Shown: positions 21,101 to 23,472 of the stretch, piece by piece
Layout of the letters: every line of letters begins with the position of its first letter
Position numbering within the stretch: position 1 is the first letter of the stretch
Assembly: GCA_054661495.1 (NCBI GenBank)
Contig: BAAFSQ010000155.1
Coordinates: 1-23,472, forward strand
Origin: Zygophlyctis sp. KS116
Lineage: Eukaryota > Fungi > Chytridiomycota
DNA length: 23,472 nucleotides
Reading direction: 5' to 3'
Position numbers and translations under genes: made by a program
The notes under the pieces: model-generated
The model's database searches: none
What the model saw: only the letters and a program-made list of their open reading frames with translations
What the model was told of the DNA's origin: nothing

Positions 21101-23472
21101 TTTCAAGCAATCAATGTCGTGCAAAAGACTTTGTTCAAGTTTAGAATCTATAACTTTGCTGGCTAATGATGCCGATATTGATTTATTCTGTTTATTTATT
21201 GCTGTTTCATATTCCACTTTCAATTTCTATCATTTAATGGGGGATTTCGATAATTACATTATACTCAACTTCTAAAATATCCTTTTCTGAGCTTAATATA
21301 CTGATTTCCGTCTCATACTGAAGATAAGAATCTTGCCTCTAAAAATATTAATGATTAAGATAGAATATACATTTTGGGAATGTTTTATAGATAATTTTTT
21401 CATGGTGTTCGTAGATTGTTCTTGAGTTTTCTTATTTTCCTCTAAAACATAACCATACACTTGTTCCATTCTCTAGTTCTAAGCATAAAAAAAATACATC
21501 TAATTGTTCCATTAAACACCGCTTTTCTGATAACTGACAGGTCATTTGATTTTTAAGTCGATCAATTTCCTCCAAATACTGATCCATATCAGTAGTGGAA
21601 GTCATATTTGGTTGCTGATTTCTGACTTTTTCAAGATTTAATACCAAATTTTTATTTTTCTAAAGTATTAGTAGATAAATGCTCCTACTTCTAGCTCTTC
21701 TTCAGCATTCAAAGCACGATCGAGTAGTTCGTCTAGCTGACGTTCATAATCTTCTCTTTCAACCAATGGCGCCTCTTCTGTTTTATGATCGTCTATTATG
21801 GTTTCATATTCCAATATTAGTTCATTGAGCTGATTTATCTGCTTCTCTTGCAGCAAGAGTTTTGTTTCTAGCTCTTTATTTTGAAGATTTAATGGAGTGG
21901 CAGAGTTTTGTATATAGTCCTTTCTGCTTAAAAATCTATGTTACCTGCAGTGCCATTTCGGCCGACTTCGTCCTTAGGTTAGAAGAAGCTGTCTCCTGCT
22001 CAAACTTCAGTATCAATGCCTGTAGAACTTCGCTTTTTTCTAAAATAGATTGCTTTTCATTCGTGATATTTCTGATAATCAGGGAATATCCTTCAATGTC
22101 TTCATTTAATCGCTGAATCGTCTTTTTATGTTCTTCTAAAGTATTTTCGTTTTCTTTCAGACTTTTTTGAAGTTCCTTTAAATGAATAAATTGTTAATTA
22201 CGGCAATAAATAAAGTAGAATTTGATAGAATTTCCTCTAAATCATTTTTCAATTTGCTGAGATCGCACTCATCAGCAGTTTTTTGCGTCTAAAAGCAATC
22301 AAAATAAGGAAAACGTACCATGACCGACAGAAAGCCGAATATAGTTGTTCTACCAGCCATATCACTCCTATCCTGAATTTTTTTAAGGGCGTCAAGATTT
22401 TTTTTGCGGTATGTAGCTAAACTATTTCTCATAAATTTGATTTGATCATTTGAATCTTTCTCCTTTAAACTTTTCTCATGAAGAATTTTCTTAATATTAA
22501 ATAAAATATATACCTCGTTTTCCTCTTTTATTACCTTTAACTGATTGGATGCATTTTTGAGTTCATCCTCCAAAATTTTGATTTTTTTTATATCTGCAGC
22601 CGTATTACCCTCAGTAATGCTGCTCCTTAAATTGCTTACGATATCTCCATCAAGGCTTTCTACTTTTTTCTTCAGAGCTAAAAGTTCGGTAGTTAATTCA
22701 TTAATTTTCGTATCCTTATTGATAATTATAGATTCAAGTTTCTTGAGATTTTCTTGATCATTTTTAACGGCGTTTATTTGATCCGAGAGTTCTTTTTCCA
22801 TTAACTGATTATGAGGTTAAAATATAAGTACATTAATACGCATCGAAGCTTGTACTAATATCTCCTCCAATTCTTTCTTGGTACTACTTGAATGATTAGA
22901 TTTCCTGGAAGTCTAACAAGTTAATATCCTGATTTTTACAATTGAAGATAAAAATCCAAGAATTGATGTCTTTCCAGATTCTGTTGTCATCGACTCATTC
23001 GGGATAAAAGCTCTTCGGTATTTGTTGGCAAGCTGATTAATTTCACTTAATTCGCGTAAAACATCTCTCTCTTTTTTCTCAAATTCTTCTCTCATTTTCT
23101 ATTTCTTAATAAAAACTACAATTACCTGTATCTCATCTTCGGCAGATTTAGCTCTTTCACTTTCCAAACGCAGTTGCTCCTGAAGATCATTTTCCTTTTG
23201 AAGATAGTCAGTAGGAATTTGAGAACCAGAAGCATTGTTGGCTTCAGATTCATCCCTCATTTTCTATTTCTTAATAAAAAATACAAACTACCTGGATCTT
23301 CTCTTCTGCAAATTTAGCTCTATCACTTGCCAAACGCAGTTGTTCTTGAAGCTCATTTTCCTTTTGCAGATACTCTGCATGCATAGTGGAAGCAGTTAAA
23401 TTAGTGGCTTCAAATTCATCTCTCATTTTCTATTGCTTAATATAAAATACAAATTACCTGAATCTTCTCTTC
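18122..23472 (-). CDS. Gene A (5' end outside window): very long multi-exon coiled-coil protein with C-terminal REM + CDC25 RasGEF
   Basis: Many short E/K/L-rich exons with 24-32 nt introns. REM motifs IIQSGHLKELIERLFD, YLRAFIMTH, INILKYWTENFFEDFE. CDC25 core is the same as gene C, then NYKTLR..VPLIIPHDVYQSDLMFLD, GSINFQK, ending ATLKH* at 18122. Not every junction in 19.6-21.0 kb was verified codon by codon. Confidence 0.82.
18516..19155. repeat. 640-bp near-identical direct repeat, copy 2 (in gene A)
   Basis: Matches 13122-13761 including the intron sequences. Confidence 0.95.
23080..23472 (-). repeat. Tandem exon+intron repeat in gene A (~166-bp period: 138-nt/46-aa exon + 27-28 nt intron)
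   Basis: Exons 23292-23429 and 23126-23263 both encode KMRDE.EA....YLQKEN.LQEQLRL.S.RAK.AE..IQ. Homologous introns lie at 23430-23457, 23264-23291 and 23099-23125. Confidence 0.93.

Noticed and set aside
1260-22757. All plus-strand ORFs in the track
   Set aside because: They are short, F/S/L-rich antisense shadows of K/E-rich minus-strand exons, often with TTG/GTG starts and no motifs.
1-23472. Bacterial operon or heavily fragmented pseudogene cluster
   Set aside because: Nearly every break is explained by an in-frame GT-AG intron, many at positions conserved among paralogs, and RasGEF domains are eukaryotic.
1-23472. Ciliate-type genetic code (tiny introns resemble Paramecium)
   Set aside because: Exons have no in-frame TAA/TAG, TAA ends genes at expected positions (e.g. 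after EPRT and ILEP), and TGA also appears as a stop.

Overview
AT-rich eukaryotic genomic DNA with very short GT-AG introns (mostly 24-32 nt) and the standard genetic code. I infer an early-diverging fungus-like or other compact eukaryotic genome; this is not provable from the window. All supportable genes are on the minus strand, head to tail, and the short ORFs in the track are mostly their exons. Manual splicing gives about nine genes, labelled A (right end) to I (left end). Six of them carry seven Ras guanine-nucleotide exchange factor modules (REM/RasGEF_N plus CDC25/RasGEF): one each in A, C, E, G and H, and two in tandem in D. B and F are coiled-coil proteins and I is an acidic repeat protein; A and I are cut by the window edges. 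Most notable: (1) a diversified RasGEF tandem array in which only one module keeps the canonical helical-hairpin motif; (2) a 640-bp near-identical tract shared by two otherwise diverged paralogs; (3) a repeat in gene I where one 27-nt segment is coding in one copy and an intron in others; (4) a GCGNCGT motif just upstream of several start codons, with intergenic gaps as short as 20-34 bp. Gene models are hand-spliced without transcript evidence.
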